DNA of 64,000 bases from an uncultured Oscillospiraceae bacterium (GTDB lineage Bacteria; Bacillota; Clostridia; Oscillospirales; Oscillospiraceae): the NCBI GenBank assembly GCA_934597255.1, contig CAKTQV010000005.1, positions 55,712 through 119,711 on the forward strand, given 5' to 3'. The position numbers were made by a program, and so were the translations under genes. Below are positions 42,839-53,572 of this stretch, one piece after another. Position 1 is the stretch's first letter. Each line of letters opens with the position of its first letter. Under the pieces are notes generated by a model. The model was not told the origin of the DNA, searched no databases, and saw nothing but the letters and a program-made list of their open reading frames with translations.

Positions 42839-43802
42839 ATGATCACACATGGCAAGGAAATCAAGATCTTCACCGGCAACGCCAATCCCTCGCTGGCAAA
42901 CGACATCTGCCGCAGCCTGTCCAAAAATCTTGGCAACGCGGTCTGCACCCACTTTGCCGACGGCGAATGCTCCGTTTCCGTGTACGAGCCCGTCCGCGGC
43001 GCGGACGTGTTCCTCGTGCAGCCCACCTGCGGCCCCGTCAATGACAACCTGATGGAGCTGCTCGTTATGACCGACGCCATGCGCCGCGCCTCCGCCGGCC
43101 GTATCACCGCCGTCATCCCCTATTTCGGCTATGCCCGGCAGGACCGCAAGGCCAAGAGCCGCGACCCCATCAGCGCCAAGCTCGTGGCGAACCTCATTAC
43201 CATCGCGGGCGCTGACCGCGTGCTGACCATGGATCTGCACGCCGCACAGATCCAGGGCTTTTTCGACATCCCCGTGGACAACCTGCAGGGCGGTCTGATC
43301 TTCGCCGACCACTTCCTCAAGCGCTTCGGCCACGGCTGCGAGGATCTGGTCGTCGTCTCGCCGGACGTCGGCAGCGTCGCCCGCTCGCGCACCTTCGCCA
43401 TGAAGCTCGGCACCGGCCTGGCCATCGTGGACAAGCGCCGCGAAAAGGCCAACCAGTCTGAGGTCATGAACCTCATCGGCGACGTGCGTGATAAAAACGT
43501 CGTCATCCTCGACGACATCGTGGACACGGCCGGCTCTCTGTGCGGCGCGGCCAAGGCCGTCAAGGAAGTCGGCGGCGCGAAGGCCGTTTATGCCTGCGCC
43601 AGCCACGGCGTTCTGTCCGGCCCCGCGCTCGAGCGCATCGCCCAGAGCGATCTGGAGGAGCTGATCCTGCTCGACACCATCCCCTATCCGCAGGGAAAGC
43701 CCGCCGTGGACAAGATCCATTATCTCAGCGTGGCCAACGTTTTTGCCGAGGCCATCGAGCGCATCTACGAGGATCTGTCCCTCGCGTCCATGTTCGAGTA
43801 AC
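42839..43802 (+). CDS. prs: Ribose-phosphate pyrophosphokinase
   Basis: MITHGKEIKIFTGNANPSLA. Motifs GYARQDRK and VVILDDIVDTAGS (PRPP-binding loop). GGAGGAG RBS. Confidence 0.9.
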
Positions 43803-43867
43803 GACCACTGTCCGCGCCGGCCGCCGAAAACGGCCGGCACGGCGCATAAAGCAAGGAAGTGCCCAAT

Positions 43868-44458
43868 ATGCTCTTTAACAGCGGCGGCGTGCAGTGGATC
43901 GCCGTCTTTCTCGGCAACCCTGGCCCCCGCTACAGCGGCACGCGCCACAACGCCGGCTTTCTCGCGGCGGACGAGCTGGAGAAAAAGCTCGGCGTGCGCA
44001 TCGACCGGCTGCGCTTCCGCGCGCTGACCGGCCGGGCCGTCGTCGGCGGGCAGTCCGTTCTTCTGATGAAGCCGCAGACGTATATGAACCTGTCCGGCGA
44101 GGCCGTCGGACAGGCCGCCCGCTTTTTCAAGCTCCCGCCGGAGCGCGTGCTCGTCGTGTCCGACGAGATCGCCCTGCCGCCCGGTGCGCTGCGCGTGCGC
44201 ACGAAGGGCTCCGCCGGCGGCCACAACGGCCTGAAAAACATCATCGCCCATCTCGGCTCGGATCAGTTCCCCCGTATCCGCATCGGCGTAGGCGCCCCGC
44301 CGCACGGCGGCGCGGAGCAGGCGGACTGGGTCCTCGGCGTGCCGAAAAACGAGGACGCCGAAGCCTTTGCCGGGGCGGTACAGCGTGCGGCGGACGCCGT
44401 GTGTGACTACATCGAAAACGGCCCGGAGCACGCCATGAGCCATTTCAACCGAAGCTGA
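43868..44458 (+). CDS. pth: Peptidyl-tRNA hydrolase
   Basis: VFLGNPGPRYSGTRHNAGF and GGHNGLKNI motifs. AAGGAAG RBS. Confidence 0.85.
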   Translation: MLFNSGGVQWIAVFLGNPGPRYSGTRHNAGFLAADELEKKLGVRIDRLRFRALTGRAVVGGQSVLLMKPQTYMNLSGEAVGQAARFFKLPPERVLVVSDEIALPPGALRVRTKGSAGGHNGLKNIIAHLGSDQFPRIRIGVGAPPHGGAEQADWVLGVPKNEDAEAFAGAVQRAADAVCDYIENGPEHAMSHFNRS

Positions 44459-44482
44459 GCACCGAAAGGGAAGGGAGACGCC

Positions 44483-45682
44483 ATGAAAAAGGAAATGATC
44501 GCCATGCTTCTGGCCGGCGGCCAGGGCTCACGCCTGTATGCGCTGACGGCGGACGCGGCCAAGCCCATCATGCCGTTCGGCGGAAAATACCGCATCATCG
44601 ACTTTCCCCTGTCCAACTGCGCCAACTCCGGCATCGACACCGTCGGCGTGCTGACCCAGTACCGGCCGATGAAGCTCAACTCCTACATCGGCAGCGGCCA
44701 GGCCTGGGATCTCGACGGCTCGGACGGCGGCGTTTACATCCTTCCGCCGTATATGTCCGCCGGGGAACAGGGAAACTGGTTTTCCGGCACGGCCAACGCC
44801 ATTTATCAGAACATTGATTTCGTGGATATGTGGGACCCGGACTACGTTCTCATCCTCTCCGGCGACCACATCTACAAAATGGATTACAGCGAGATGCTGC
44901 GCGCACACAAAGAGCACGGCGCCGCCTGCACCATCGCCGTTCTGCAGGTCAGTCTCAACGACGCCAGACGCTTCGGCATCCTGAACACGGGTCCGGACGG
45001 CTTTGTCTCCGAATTCGAGGAAAAGCCCCAAAGCCCGAAAAGCGACCTGGCCTCGATGGGCATCTATATTTTCAACTGGAAAACGCTGCGCGCCGCGCTC
45101 ATCGCGGACGAGGCCGACCCCGCCAGCGACAAGGACTTCGGCAAGAACATCATCCCGAAGCTTCTCGCGCAGGGCGAAAAGCTCTGGCCCTGGCGCTTTG
45201 AGGGCTACTGGCGCGACGTGGGCACCATCGAGAGTCTCTGGGACGCCAACATGGACATGCTCACGCCGGAGCTGATCGGCCTGTTCGACCCCGGCTGGCC
45301 CATTCTCAGCCGCAGTCCCATCCGTCCGCCGCAGCGCATCGGCCCGCAAGCCGTCGTCCGCCACTCCATCGTGACGGAGGGCTGCCGCGTGGACGGGCTG
45401 GTTTCGGCCTGCGTGCTTTCCAATCAGGTCACGGTCGCTCCCGGCGCGCAGGTCGAATACAGCGTGCTCATGCCGGGCGCGCGCGTGGACGAGGGCGCCG
45501 TGCTTCGCTTCGCCATTGTGGGCGAGGGCGCGCGGATCGGCGCGGGGGCGCAGGTAGGCGCCGGGCCGGACGGCTCGGAGGGCTGGGGCGTCGCCACCGT
45601 CGGCCCGGGCGTGGCCGTGGGCGCAGGCGCCGTCGTGCCGCCGGGCGCAATGCTTTACGGAGATGTGGAGGGGCGGACATGA
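44483..45682 (+). CDS. glgC: Glucose-1-phosphate adenylyltransferase
   Basis: [15 protein letters not shown] (GGxGxRL). [22 protein letters not shown]-terminal left-handed beta-helix. Confidence 0.9.
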   Translation: MKKEMIAMLLAGGQGSRLYALTADAAKPIMPFGGKYRIIDFPLSNCANSGIDTVGVLTQYRPMKLNSYIGSGQAWDLDGSDGGVYILPPYMSAGEQGNWFSGTANAIYQNIDFVDMWDPDYVLILSGDHIYKMDYSEMLRAHKEHGAACTIAVLQVSLNDARRFGILNTGPDGFVSEFEEKPQSPKSDLASMGIYIFNWKTLRAALIADEADPASDKDFGKNIIPKLLAQGEKLWPWRFEGYWRDVGTIESLWDANMDMLTPELIGLFDPGWPILSRSPIRPPQRIGPQAVVRHSIVTEGCRVDGLVSACVLSNQVTVAPGAQVEYSVLMPGARVDEGAVLRFAIVGEGARIGAGAQVGAGPDGSEGWGVATVGPGVAVGAGAVVPPGAMLYGDVEGRT

Positions 45683-46791
45683 ACGATATGCAGGGCATCC
45701 TCTATTCGCTGCGCTCCGATCCGGAGCTCGGCGCGCTCGTGGCCGACCGCAACACCGCCGCGATCCCCTTCGGCGGCCGCTACCGGCTGATCGACTTCAT
45801 GCTCTCGTCCATGACCAACGCCGGCGTGCGCGATCTGGGCGTGGTCATGGACCGCGATTACCAGAGCCTGCTCGACCATCTTTCCGGCGGGAGGGAATGG
45901 GATCTCGCCCGGCACACCGGCGGGCTGCGGCTTCTGCCGCCCTTCGGTCTGCCGGAATCCAAGGGCCGCTTCGGCGGCTGCATGGAGGCGCTGCGGGGCG
46001 TGCGCTCGTACATCGAGAGCATCCCGCACGAAAACATCGTCCTGTCCGCGGGCGATCTGGCCGCGAACATCGATCTGACCGCCGTGCGCGAGCTTCATCT
46101 CGCCTCCGGCGCGGAGATGACGGCCGTGTGCGCAGACGGCGGACCGCTTTATTCCCACCACCGGCTCGTGCCGGACGGCGACGGCTTTGCCTCCCGGCTC
46201 CTGTTTTCCCAGAGCGGCCCGGGCGAGGGTCTTCTGTCGCTGGAGGTATACATCCTGAAAAAATCCCTGCTGCTGTCGCTGATGGACTACTGCGCCTCCA
46301 GCGGCGAGCTGCATTTCCACCGCAGCGGCGTGGCACACTATCTCAAGACCGGCGGCCGCATCGCCGTTTACCGCCATGAGGGCTACGCCCGGCGCATCCG
46401 CTCGGCGCTGGATTATTACGAGGCCAGCATGGCGCTTCTGCGTCCGGAGGCCATGGACAGCCTGTTCCCCTCCGGCGCGCGGCGCGTCCGCACGCGCGAA
46501 AGGGCGGAGGCCTCCACCTATTATTCCGATACCGCCGAGGTCGAAAATTCCCTTCTGGCCGACGGCTGCTACATAGAGGGGCGCGTGCGCGGCTGCGTTC
46601 TGTTTTCCGGCGTGCGCGTGGAAAAGGGCGCCGAGCTTGAAAACTGCGTCGTGATGCACGACTGCGTCATCGGCCGCGGCGCGCAGCTGCGCTGCGCCGT
46701 GGCGGACAAGAGCTGCGTCGTCAGCGAGGGCGTGACCCTTGCGGGCAACGAGCGTCTGCCCATCCTCATCCCGAAAGGAGCCCGCATCTAA
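45679..46791 (+). CDS. glgD: Glucose-1-phosphate adenylyltransferase subunit GlgD
   Basis: GlgC paralog lacking the full GGxGxRL loop ([18 protein letters not shown]). ATGA overlap with glgC. Confidence 0.8.
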   Translation: MNDMQGILYSLRSDPELGALVADRNTAAIPFGGRYRLIDFMLSSMTNAGVRDLGVVMDRDYQSLLDHLSGGREWDLARHTGGLRLLPPFGLPESKGRFGGCMEALRGVRSYIESIPHENIVLSAGDLAANIDLTAVRELHLASGAEMTAVCADGGPLYSHHRLVPDGDGFASRLLFSQSGPGEGLLSLEVYILKKSLLLSLMDYCASSGELHFHRSGVAHYLKTGGRIAVYRHEGYARRIRSALDYYEASMALLRPEAMDSLFPSGARRVRTRERAEASTYYSDTAEVENSLLADGCYIEGRVRGCVLFSGVRVEKGAELENCVVMHDCVIGRGAQLRCAVADKSCVVSEGVTLAGNERLPILIPKGARI

Positions 46792-46792
46792 G

Positions 46793-49171
46793 TTGTCACA
46801 GATATCAAGACAGGAGCTGCACGCCGCCATCGAGGACAAGCTTTGCGCCCATTTCGGCGTGACCGGCCGCAGCGCCGATAACGAGCAGATCTTTCAGGCC
46901 GCCGCCATGGTCATCCGCGAGCTGATGAGCCGGCGGCTGGCCGTTCAGACGCCGGCCGGCGGCGAAAAAGAGGTATGCTATCTCTCGATGGAATTCCTGC
47001 TCGGCCGCAGTCTGATGAAAAACGCCTTCAATCTCGGCGTGGCCGACGCGCTGACCGGCGCGCTGGAGGACATGGGCCGCTGCGCGGCGGATATTTTTGA
47101 AACGGAGCCGGACGCCGGGCTTGGAAACGGCGGGCTCGGCCGGCTGGCCGCCTGCTATTCCGATTCCATGGCCACGCAGAACATCCCCGCGGTCGGCTAT
47201 TCGCTGTGCTACGAGCTGGGGCTGTTCCGGCAGATCATCCGCGACGGCAGGCAGACCGAGGCCGCGGACAGCTGGCGCGCCGGCGAGGAGAGCTGGCTCG
47301 TCGCCCGGCCGGAGGACATCTGCGAGGTGCGCTTCGGCGGACAGGTGTCCGAGGAATGGGACTGGTCCGGCACCTGCCGCACCTATCACACGGGCTACAC
47401 CGCCGTTCTGGCGCTGCCGCGCGATATGCTCATCGCGGGCTACGGCCCCGGCGCGCGGGTCAACACGCTGCGCCTGTGGGACGCGAAAAGCCCGGAGGAG
47501 CTGGATATGTATCTTTTCTCCGGCGGCAAATACGTCGAGGCGATGGCCGGGCGGACCATGGCCGAGGTCATCACCAAGGTACTCTACCCGGCGGACGACC
47601 ACCGCGAGGGCAAGGAGCTGCGGCTGAAGCAGCAGTATTTCTTCGTCTCCGCCACGGCGCAGGACATCGTGCGCCGTCACCGCCGCCAGTTCGGCCCGCT
47701 GGACAGCTTTGCCGAACACCACGCCATCCAGATCAACGACACCCATCCCGCGCTCATCATTCCGGAGCTCATGCGCCTGTTCATGGACGAAAACGGGCTC
47801 GGCTGGGACGAGGCGTTCGATCTTCTTTCCCGCTCCGTCGCCTACACGAACCACACCGTCATGTCCGAGGCTCTCGAGCGCTGGCCGCAGGACATGGTGC
47901 AGTCGCTCATGCCGCGCGTGTGGCAGATCCTCTCCGAGCTCAACCGCCGCTGGGCCCAGTGGCTCGTCACCCGCTTCCCCGGAGACCGCGAGGCGGTGGA
48001 AAAAAATCTGATCCTGTTCGGCGGCGAGGTGCATATGGCCAATCTCTGCCAGGCCGTCTGCCGCCGCATCAACGGCGTTTCCCGGCTGCACGGCAGCATT
48101 TTGAAAACGCGGCTGTTTTCCGCCGTCAGCTCCGTGCGCCCCGAGCGCTATACCTTCGTCACCAACGGCATCGACCACCGCCGCTGGCTCACACAGATCA
48201 ATCCGCGGCTGGCCGCGCTCGTGCGCGAGTGCGTCGGAGAGGACTATCTTCTGGAGCCGGAGAGGCTCGACGGGCTGCTCAGATTCGAAAACGACGGCGC
48301 CGTTCTCGAGCGGCTGGCCGCCGTCAAGCAGGCGAACAAGGAGGATTTCGCCGCCTGGTTCCGGCGCTCGCAGGGCGCGCTGCTCGATCCGCAGGCCGTA
48401 CTGGACGTGCAGATCAAGCGCCTGCACGAATACAAGCGCCAGCTTCTGTGCGCCATGCTCATCGAGCATCTGCGCCGGCGCATCCACGACGCGCCGAACG
48501 CGCCGTTTCTGCCGCGCAGCTTCGTTTTCGGCGCCAAGGCGGCCGGCAGCTATACGACCGCCAAGCGGATCATCGAGCTGCTCATCGCGCTGGGCGAGGA
48601 CATAAACGCCGACCCGCTCTGCCGGGGAAAGCTGCAGCTGTTCTTCCTGGAAAACTACCGCGTATCCGCCGCCGAGGCGCTCATCCCCGCCGCGCAGGTA
48701 TCCGAACAGATATCCACCGCCGGCAAGGAGGCGAGCGGCACCGGCTGCATGAAGCTGATGGCCAACGGCGCGGTCACCATCGGCACGCTGGACGGGGCGA
48801 ACGTGGAGATGTACGAGCGGCTCGGCAGCGAGAATATGCAGCTGTTCGGTTTGACCGAGCAGCAGGTGGAGGCGCTGCGGCCGCATTACGAGCCCCGCCG
48901 GTATTACGACGCCGACCCCGCTCTGCGCGCCGTGCTCGACCGCTTCAGCCGGCGCTTCCCCGATCTGGTTTCCGGGCTTGTCTACGGAGGCGACCCCTAC
49001 ATGCTTCTGGCCGATTTTTCCTCCTATGTAAAGGCCCACGACACGCTGTACGCCCGCATTGCGGACGGACGCGTAGCGGCGCGGATGTCCCTTGTGAACA
49101 TCGCCCGGTCCGGCTATTTTGCCGCCGACCGCGCCGTCCATGAATACGCCAGTACTATCTGGAACATATGA
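46793..49171 (+). CDS. glgP: Alpha-glucan (glycogen) phosphorylase
   Basis: GLGNGGLGRLAAC motif. PLP-site region EASGTGCMKLMANGAVTIGTLDGANVE. TTG start with AAAGGAG RBS (start uncertain). Confidence 0.85.
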   Translation: MSQISRQELHAAIEDKLCAHFGVTGRSADNEQIFQAAAMVIRELMSRRLAVQTPAGGEKEVCYLSMEFLLGRSLMKNAFNLGVADALTGALEDMGRCAADIFETEPDAGLGNGGLGRLAACYSDSMATQNIPAVGYSLCYELGLFRQIIRDGRQTEAADSWRAGEESWLVARPEDICEVRFGGQVSEEWDWSGTCRTYHTGYTAVLALPRDMLIAGYGPGARVNTLRLWDAKSPEELDMYLFSGGKYVEAMAGRTMAEVITKVLYPADDHREGKELRLKQQYFFVSATAQDIVRRHRRQFGPLDSFAEHHAIQINDTHPALIIPELMRLFMDENGLGWDEAFDLLSRSVAYTNHTVMSEALERWPQDMVQSLMPRVWQILSELNRRWAQWLVTRFPGDREAVEKNLILFGGEVHMANLCQAVCRRINGVSRLHGSILKTRLFSAVSSVRPERYTFVTNGIDHRRWLTQINPRLAALVRECVGEDYLLEPERLDGLLRFENDGAVLERLAAVKQANKEDFAAWFRRSQGALLDPQAVLDVQIKRLHEYKRQLLCAMLIEHLRRRIHDAPNAPFLPRSFVFGAKAAGSYTTAKRIIELLIALGEDINADPLCRGKLQLFFLENYRVSAAEALIPAAQVSEQISTAGKEASGTGCMKLMANGAVTIGTLDGANVEMYERLGSENMQLFGLTEQQVEALRPHYEPRRYYDADPALRAVLDRFSRRFPDLVSGLVYGGDPYMLLADFSSYVKAHDTLYARIADGRVAARMSLVNIARSGYFAADRAVHEYASTIWNI

Positions 49172-49184
49172 AAGGAGAAAAAAC

Positions 49185-50960
49185 ATGAAGAAAACCAGCA
49201 AGACCCTTGCGCTGCTTCTGGCGCTGTGCCTGTGCCTGAGCCTCGGCGCGTTCGCCGCGTCGGGCGAGGCCTCCGGCGACGTGACCGTGATGTCCATGAA
49301 CGCGGACGCGGCCGCCAGCGGCACGGCCTGGACGATGACCGAGGACGGCCTGCAGAGCGCGGATGTCGACGGTGTGGAGATCGTCTCCGGCGAGATCGGC
49401 GCGACCGAGACCGACGGCGCCGAGATCAACATCACGGCCTTCTCCGTCAACGGCTTCAAGGTCACCGGCGGGGAGTACACCATCCGCAACACCACCGTCA
49501 ACAAGACCGTCACCGGCCCCATTGACGCCAACGCCGCCGGCGGCTACATCGCCGGCGTGACCAACGGCCGTCTTGTCATCGACAACTGCACGTTCATCAA
49601 CGCCGGCAAGGGCGGCCGCAACGGCAACTACACCGTTGACTGCGAAGCCTCCGGCGAGATGGTCGTCATCAACTCCGACATCATCCAGACCGGCTTCACG
49701 GGCGATCCCGAGGGCTACACGGCCGCCATCACCGATCCTCCCTCCAACGCGGGTCTGCTGATCTCCGGCTACGCGCGCGCGAACATGTCCGTGGGCCAGT
49801 CCAAGACCTATTACTACGGCTCCTACGTCGAGACCGAGGGCTGGGCCGCCATGAGCACCGACTCCGCGCAGTCCGGCTTTGAGTTCTACAGCTACGACTC
49901 CGTCGGCAAGGCGCTGTACGGCGGCTACGGCACCTACGCCGACACCTCCTGCGTCGACTGGTTCTACGGCAGCGTCCTCTCCGCGGCGGAGGTCGGCGCG
50001 ATCATCTCCAACAACGGCGAGATCCACATGGCCAACGGCGCCGACGCCACCGAAGACGCGCTCGTTTATCTGCCCGAGGGCTATGAAAACACCGCGGATT
50101 ATACCGCGCGCGGCGGCCGCAGCGTCGTGGAAGCCGGCCGCAACGACTTCCAGATCCACTCCCCCGACATGATGGGCGGCGGCGCGAGCAGCGAATTCAC
50201 CGCCATCCTTGACCTGGCCGGCACCGACCTGGTCACGTCCGAAGATCTGGACGCGGAGGCCACGCTTACCGACTGGTATGCCGATTACGGCCCGGCCTAC
50301 GGCGAATACGTCGATTTCCTCAAGGGCGCGAACATCCTTGTCAAGTCCACCAGCGCGGACATCACGCTCACGGACGTGACAACGGAGAGCTCCTCCGGCG
50401 TTCTCCTGCTCACGGCGCTCAACTCCGACTCCATGAGCCGCTACGCGCTCGCGGACGACGACATGACCGGCAAGGGCACGCATATGACCGTTTCCGACAG
50501 CGAGGTCTCCGGCGACGTGCTGGCCTATGACTACCAGCGCAGCTGCCTCGTCACGCTGGAAAACGCCACCTGGACCGGCGCGTTCCGCAAGGCCGACAAG
50601 GCCGCCTGGGACGCGATATGGTCCGACGAGTGCAAGGCCGACGCCAACTGCGTCTGGATCCTTGACACCGACAAGTACTACGACGGCGCGGACAGCGTTC
50701 AGGGTCTGGTCGTCGGCGAGGGCGCCGTCTGGAACGTCAGCGGCGAGAGCCACCTCGACCTTCTCACCATTGCCGACGGCGCCGTCATCAACGGCACCAT
50801 CACCGTGGATGGCGAGTCCATCGACGGCGAAGCCGGCGTTTACGAGGGCGACATCGTCGTCATGCCCGCCGCCGGCGGCAGCGACAAGCTCTCGCTGACC
50901 ATCTCGGTCGACCCCGATTCGGCCATCGGCCAGCTCATCCTGGCCGTCCTCGGCAAATAA
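49185..50960 (+). CDS. Secreted Gly/Asp/Thr-rich protein, paralog B of 16724..19048; unknown function
   Basis: Signal peptide MKKTSKTLALLLALCLCLSLGAFAASGEASG. AAAGGAG RBS 7 nt upstream. Shared blocks with paralog A. Confidence 0.6.
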   Translation: MKKTSKTLALLLALCLCLSLGAFAASGEASGDVTVMSMNADAAASGTAWTMTEDGLQSADVDGVEIVSGEIGATETDGAEINITAFSVNGFKVTGGEYTIRNTTVNKTVTGPIDANAAGGYIAGVTNGRLVIDNCTFINAGKGGRNGNYTVDCEASGEMVVINSDIIQTGFTGDPEGYTAAITDPPSNAGLLISGYARANMSVGQSKTYYYGSYVETEGWAAMSTDSAQSGFEFYSYDSVGKALYGGYGTYADTSCVDWFYGSVLSAAEVGAIISNNGEIHMANGADATEDALVYLPEGYENTADYTARGGRSVVEAGRNDFQIHSPDMMGGGASSEFTAILDLAGTDLVTSEDLDAEATLTDWYADYGPAYGEYVDFLKGANILVKSTSADITLTDVTTESSSGVLLLTALNSDSMSRYALADDDMTGKGTHMTVSDSEVSGDVLAYDYQRSCLVTLENATWTGAFRKADKAAWDAIWSDECKADANCVWILDTDKYYDGADSVQGLVVGEGAVWNVSGESHLDLLTIADGAVINGTITVDGESIDGEAGVYEGDIVVMPAAGGSDKLSLTISVDPDSAIGQLILAVLGK

Positions 50961-50974
50961 TCCGTCCCATACGC

Positions 50975-51010
50975 AAAGCCGCCGGAGCCTGAGGCTCCGG
51001 CGGTTTTCCG
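50975..51010 (+). terminator. Rho-independent terminator (also convergent with 51071..52114)
   Basis: GCCGCCGGAGCC-TGAG-GCTCCGGCGG followed by TTTTCC. Confidence 0.65.
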
Positions 51011-51070
51011 AAAGCGCCCCCGGAGCGGCCATACCGTTCCGGGGACTTTCCGCGCGGGCGGACGCCGCCC

Positions 51071-52114
51071 TTATTTTCCGTAAACACCATAGGTCTTCGC
51101 AATGTCGATCATGCGCTGCGCGCGCTCAAGCCCTGCGTTTGCCGGGTATTCGCAGCCCGTGGCCAGGACGAACCCGCCGCCGGCCGCCATGGCGTCGATC
51201 TGGCTGCGGCACTGACCGTCCCACTGCTCGTCCGTCCCCAGCACCGCATCCGCCGGCGTCACGCAGCCGATGAGCGTCACATCCCGCCCGTATTTTTCCT
51301 TGCATTCCGCAAAGTCCACGCAGTCGTCCGGCGGGTACAGGAAGGAGATCGCCGCCGGCCGGATGCGCCGGATCTGCGCGTCAAAATAGATCCGCCGGCC
51401 GCAGTTGTGGATCATGTTCATGCAGCCGCGGCCGCGCACGACGCCGGCCAGCATCTCCATCGGGCCGCCCTCCATCTCGTCCCACATCGCCTTGCTCATG
51501 ATCGAGCCGCTGGCAAACAGCGTGTCCCACATGATCGCGTCCGCGCCGGCGTCGCAAAGGGCCCCGGCATAATCCGCCAGCGTTTCCGCCACGCGCCAGA
51601 CCGCCGCCTTCACCGCCTCGGGGTCGTCGTACAGATCCAGATACAGCTCCTGCTGGCTGCGCATCATGGACAGCGTCCCGAGCGGCCCGAACACAAACGC
51701 CACGATGGGCAGCTCGCCCTTCTTTTCCGCCGCCAGCCGCCGAACCACATCCAGATGCATGTTCATTCGCCGGCTGTTCCGGTAATCGGCCTTCCCGATC
51801 CTGGCATAATCGTCGATGTCCCGGATCAGAAGCTCATCAAAGTCCGGATGCGCCGCCTCGTTTTCCGGGTACACGATCTTCTGTCCCCAGGCGTCGCACT
51901 CGACGGACAGGTCGATGAGCGTGACCAGGCAGTCTATATCAAACATCTCCGCCGTTTTCAGATATCCCTCGGCACACACGGCCGCGTCTGTGGACCACGT
52001 CGGATAATCCGCCCCGACCAGCCGGCGGTTGACTCCCGCAAGGATGGGGTACACCGGCACCCGATCCGGCTCCTGATGGGAAAGCGCCGCCAGGACCCGC
52101 TCCATCGAATTCAT
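51071..52114 (-). CDS. Uroporphyrinogen-decarboxylase (URO-D) family protein, MtaA/CmuA-like methylcobamide methyltransferase candidate
   Basis: 347-aa ORF with URO-D-like fold pattern (PVYPILAG..., C-terminal ATGCEYP). GGAAAGGG RBS. Confidence 0.55.
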   Translation of the reverse strand: MNSMERVLAALSHQEPDRVPVYPILAGVNRRLVGADYPTWSTDAAVCAEGYLKTAEMFDIDCLVTLIDLSVECDAWGQKIVYPENEAAHPDFDELLIRDIDDYARIGKADYRNSRRMNMHLDVVRRLAAEKKGELPIVAFVFGPLGTLSMMRSQQELYLDLYDDPEAVKAAVWRVAETLADYAGALCDAGADAIMWDTLFASGSIMSKAMWDEMEGGPMEMLAGVVRGRGCMNMIHNCGRRIYFDAQIRRIRPAAISFLYPPDDCVDFAECKEKYGRDVTLIGCVTPADAVLGTDEQWDGQCRSQIDAMAAGGGFVLATGCEYPANAGLERAQRMIDIAKTYGVYGK

Positions 52115-52223
52115 ACACTTCGCCCTTTCCAGTTCTTTGTTTTTGTGCTATAATCGTATTATAATCCATGCAAATTCCGGTGTATTGTAAAAATCACCGA
52201 ATTTTTTCAATTTGGAGAGATTT

Positions 52224-53474
52224 ATGGCCACAGGACTGTATTCCCTTGTCCCGGAGGAGCGGCTGCGCGATATACTGAGCACGCTGCATGAATTTCTGCA
52301 GCTTCCGGTGCAGCTGCTCGACGCCGACGGACGGGATCTTCTGCGCTTCGGCGAGGCGCCGGGCTACTGCACCCGGCTGAAAAAGACACTGCTGCGCGGC
52401 GGCGAGTGCGCCCGGCTGCACGCGAAGGCCGGACTGCGGGCCATGGAGATCGGCGAGGCCTACATCTTCTCCTGCCACGCCGATCTCAACCACATCGCCT
52501 TCCCGCTGCTCGACCACAGTCTGCTGCTCGGCTGCATCATCATCGGCCCGTTTCTGATGGACGCGCCGGACAGTACCATCGTCAGCGCGCTGTCCGGGCC
52601 GTATGAGCTCGACTCCCGGCTGGCGCTGGAGCTGTACGATGAGCTGGGCACGCTGCGCGTGCTGCCGCCGCGGCAGGTCAATCTTCTGAAAAAGCTTCTG
52701 GAATACATGCTCTCGCCGCTGATGCCGGGCGCGCACCGCTATCTGCGCCAGACGCAGGAAAAGCTGTATCAGCAGTCGCGCATCAGCGAGTCCATCCAAT
52801 CCTATAAAACGTATCGGGCCGAGCCGGCGCAAAGCTTCCTGCGCGAGAAGGAGAGCGAGCTTCTCACCGAAGTCCGCACCGGCAGCGTGGAGCGGGCCAA
52901 GGCGCTTCTCAACGAGCTGATCGGCCAGACGCTTTCCGTGGACGGAGGCCGCGCGGACGCCGTCCGCCTGCGCGCGATCGAGCTTTCCACGCTGCTGTCG
53001 CGCGTCGCCATGGACGGAGGGGCCGACACGGAAAGCGTGTATGCGCTCAACAGCAAATTTGTCACGCTGATGAATTCCCGGCAGGATCTCGACGAGCTCT
53101 GCTTTCTCCTGCAGGACATGGTCGAGGGCTTTATGGACGCCATGTTCAGCCAGACCGACCGCGGCAACCTTTACGTCCGGCGCACGCTTCAGTATATCGC
53201 GGCCAATTACAGCGGCCGGGCCACGCTGGAGGCGGCGGCGAAGGCCGCGGGGCTGAGTCCGAATTATCTGTCCTCGCTGTTCAAGCAGATCACGGGCGTC
53301 AGCTTCCGTGAGCAGCTTTGCCGTGTGCGCGTCGAACAGAGCAAGCGCCTTCTTCTGAGCACGGATTACTCGCTGGACGACATTGCCGCCGCCGTCGGCT
53401 TTTCCGACCAGAGCTATTACTGCCGGGTGTTCAAGCGCATCGTCGGGCTGACGCCGGGACAGTACCGGAACTGA
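52224..53474 (+). CDS. AraC-family transcriptional regulator with N-terminal PocR sensor domain
   Basis: PocR-like Cys-containing N-terminal region (GYCTRLKK...CARLHAKAGLRAMEIGEAYIFSCHADLNHIAFPL). C-terminal AraC HTH (YIAANYSGRATLEAAAKAAGLSPNYLSSLFKQITG...YYCRVFKR). Confidence 0.7.
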   Translation: MATGLYSLVPEERLRDILSTLHEFLQLPVQLLDADGRDLLRFGEAPGYCTRLKKTLLRGGECARLHAKAGLRAMEIGEAYIFSCHADLNHIAFPLLDHSLLLGCIIIGPFLMDAPDSTIVSALSGPYELDSRLALELYDELGTLRVLPPRQVNLLKKLLEYMLSPLMPGAHRYLRQTQEKLYQQSRISESIQSYKTYRAEPAQSFLREKESELLTEVRTGSVERAKALLNELIGQTLSVDGGRADAVRLRAIELSTLLSRVAMDGGADTESVYALNSKFVTLMNSRQDLDELCFLLQDMVEGFMDAMFSQTDRGNLYVRRTLQYIAANYSGRATLEAAAKAAGLSPNYLSSLFKQITGVSFREQLCRVRVEQSKRLLLSTDYSLDDIAAAVGFSDQSYYCRVFKRIVGLTPGQYRN

Positions 53475-53572
53475 CGCGCGGCTTTCTCCCGCCGCGCGGC
53501 GCGGAAGCGGCCGGCGGTATAAACGATCCCCGGAACGGAAAGCTTTCCGTTCCGGGGATCGTGTATTTTGTC

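Noticed and set aside
46805-49531. 908-aa - strand ORF
   Set aside because: Antisense to glgP, whose PLP-site and glucan-binding motifs are clear.
49155-51032. 625-aa - strand ORF
   Set aside because: Antisense to the secreted paralog B, which has signal peptide and good RBS.
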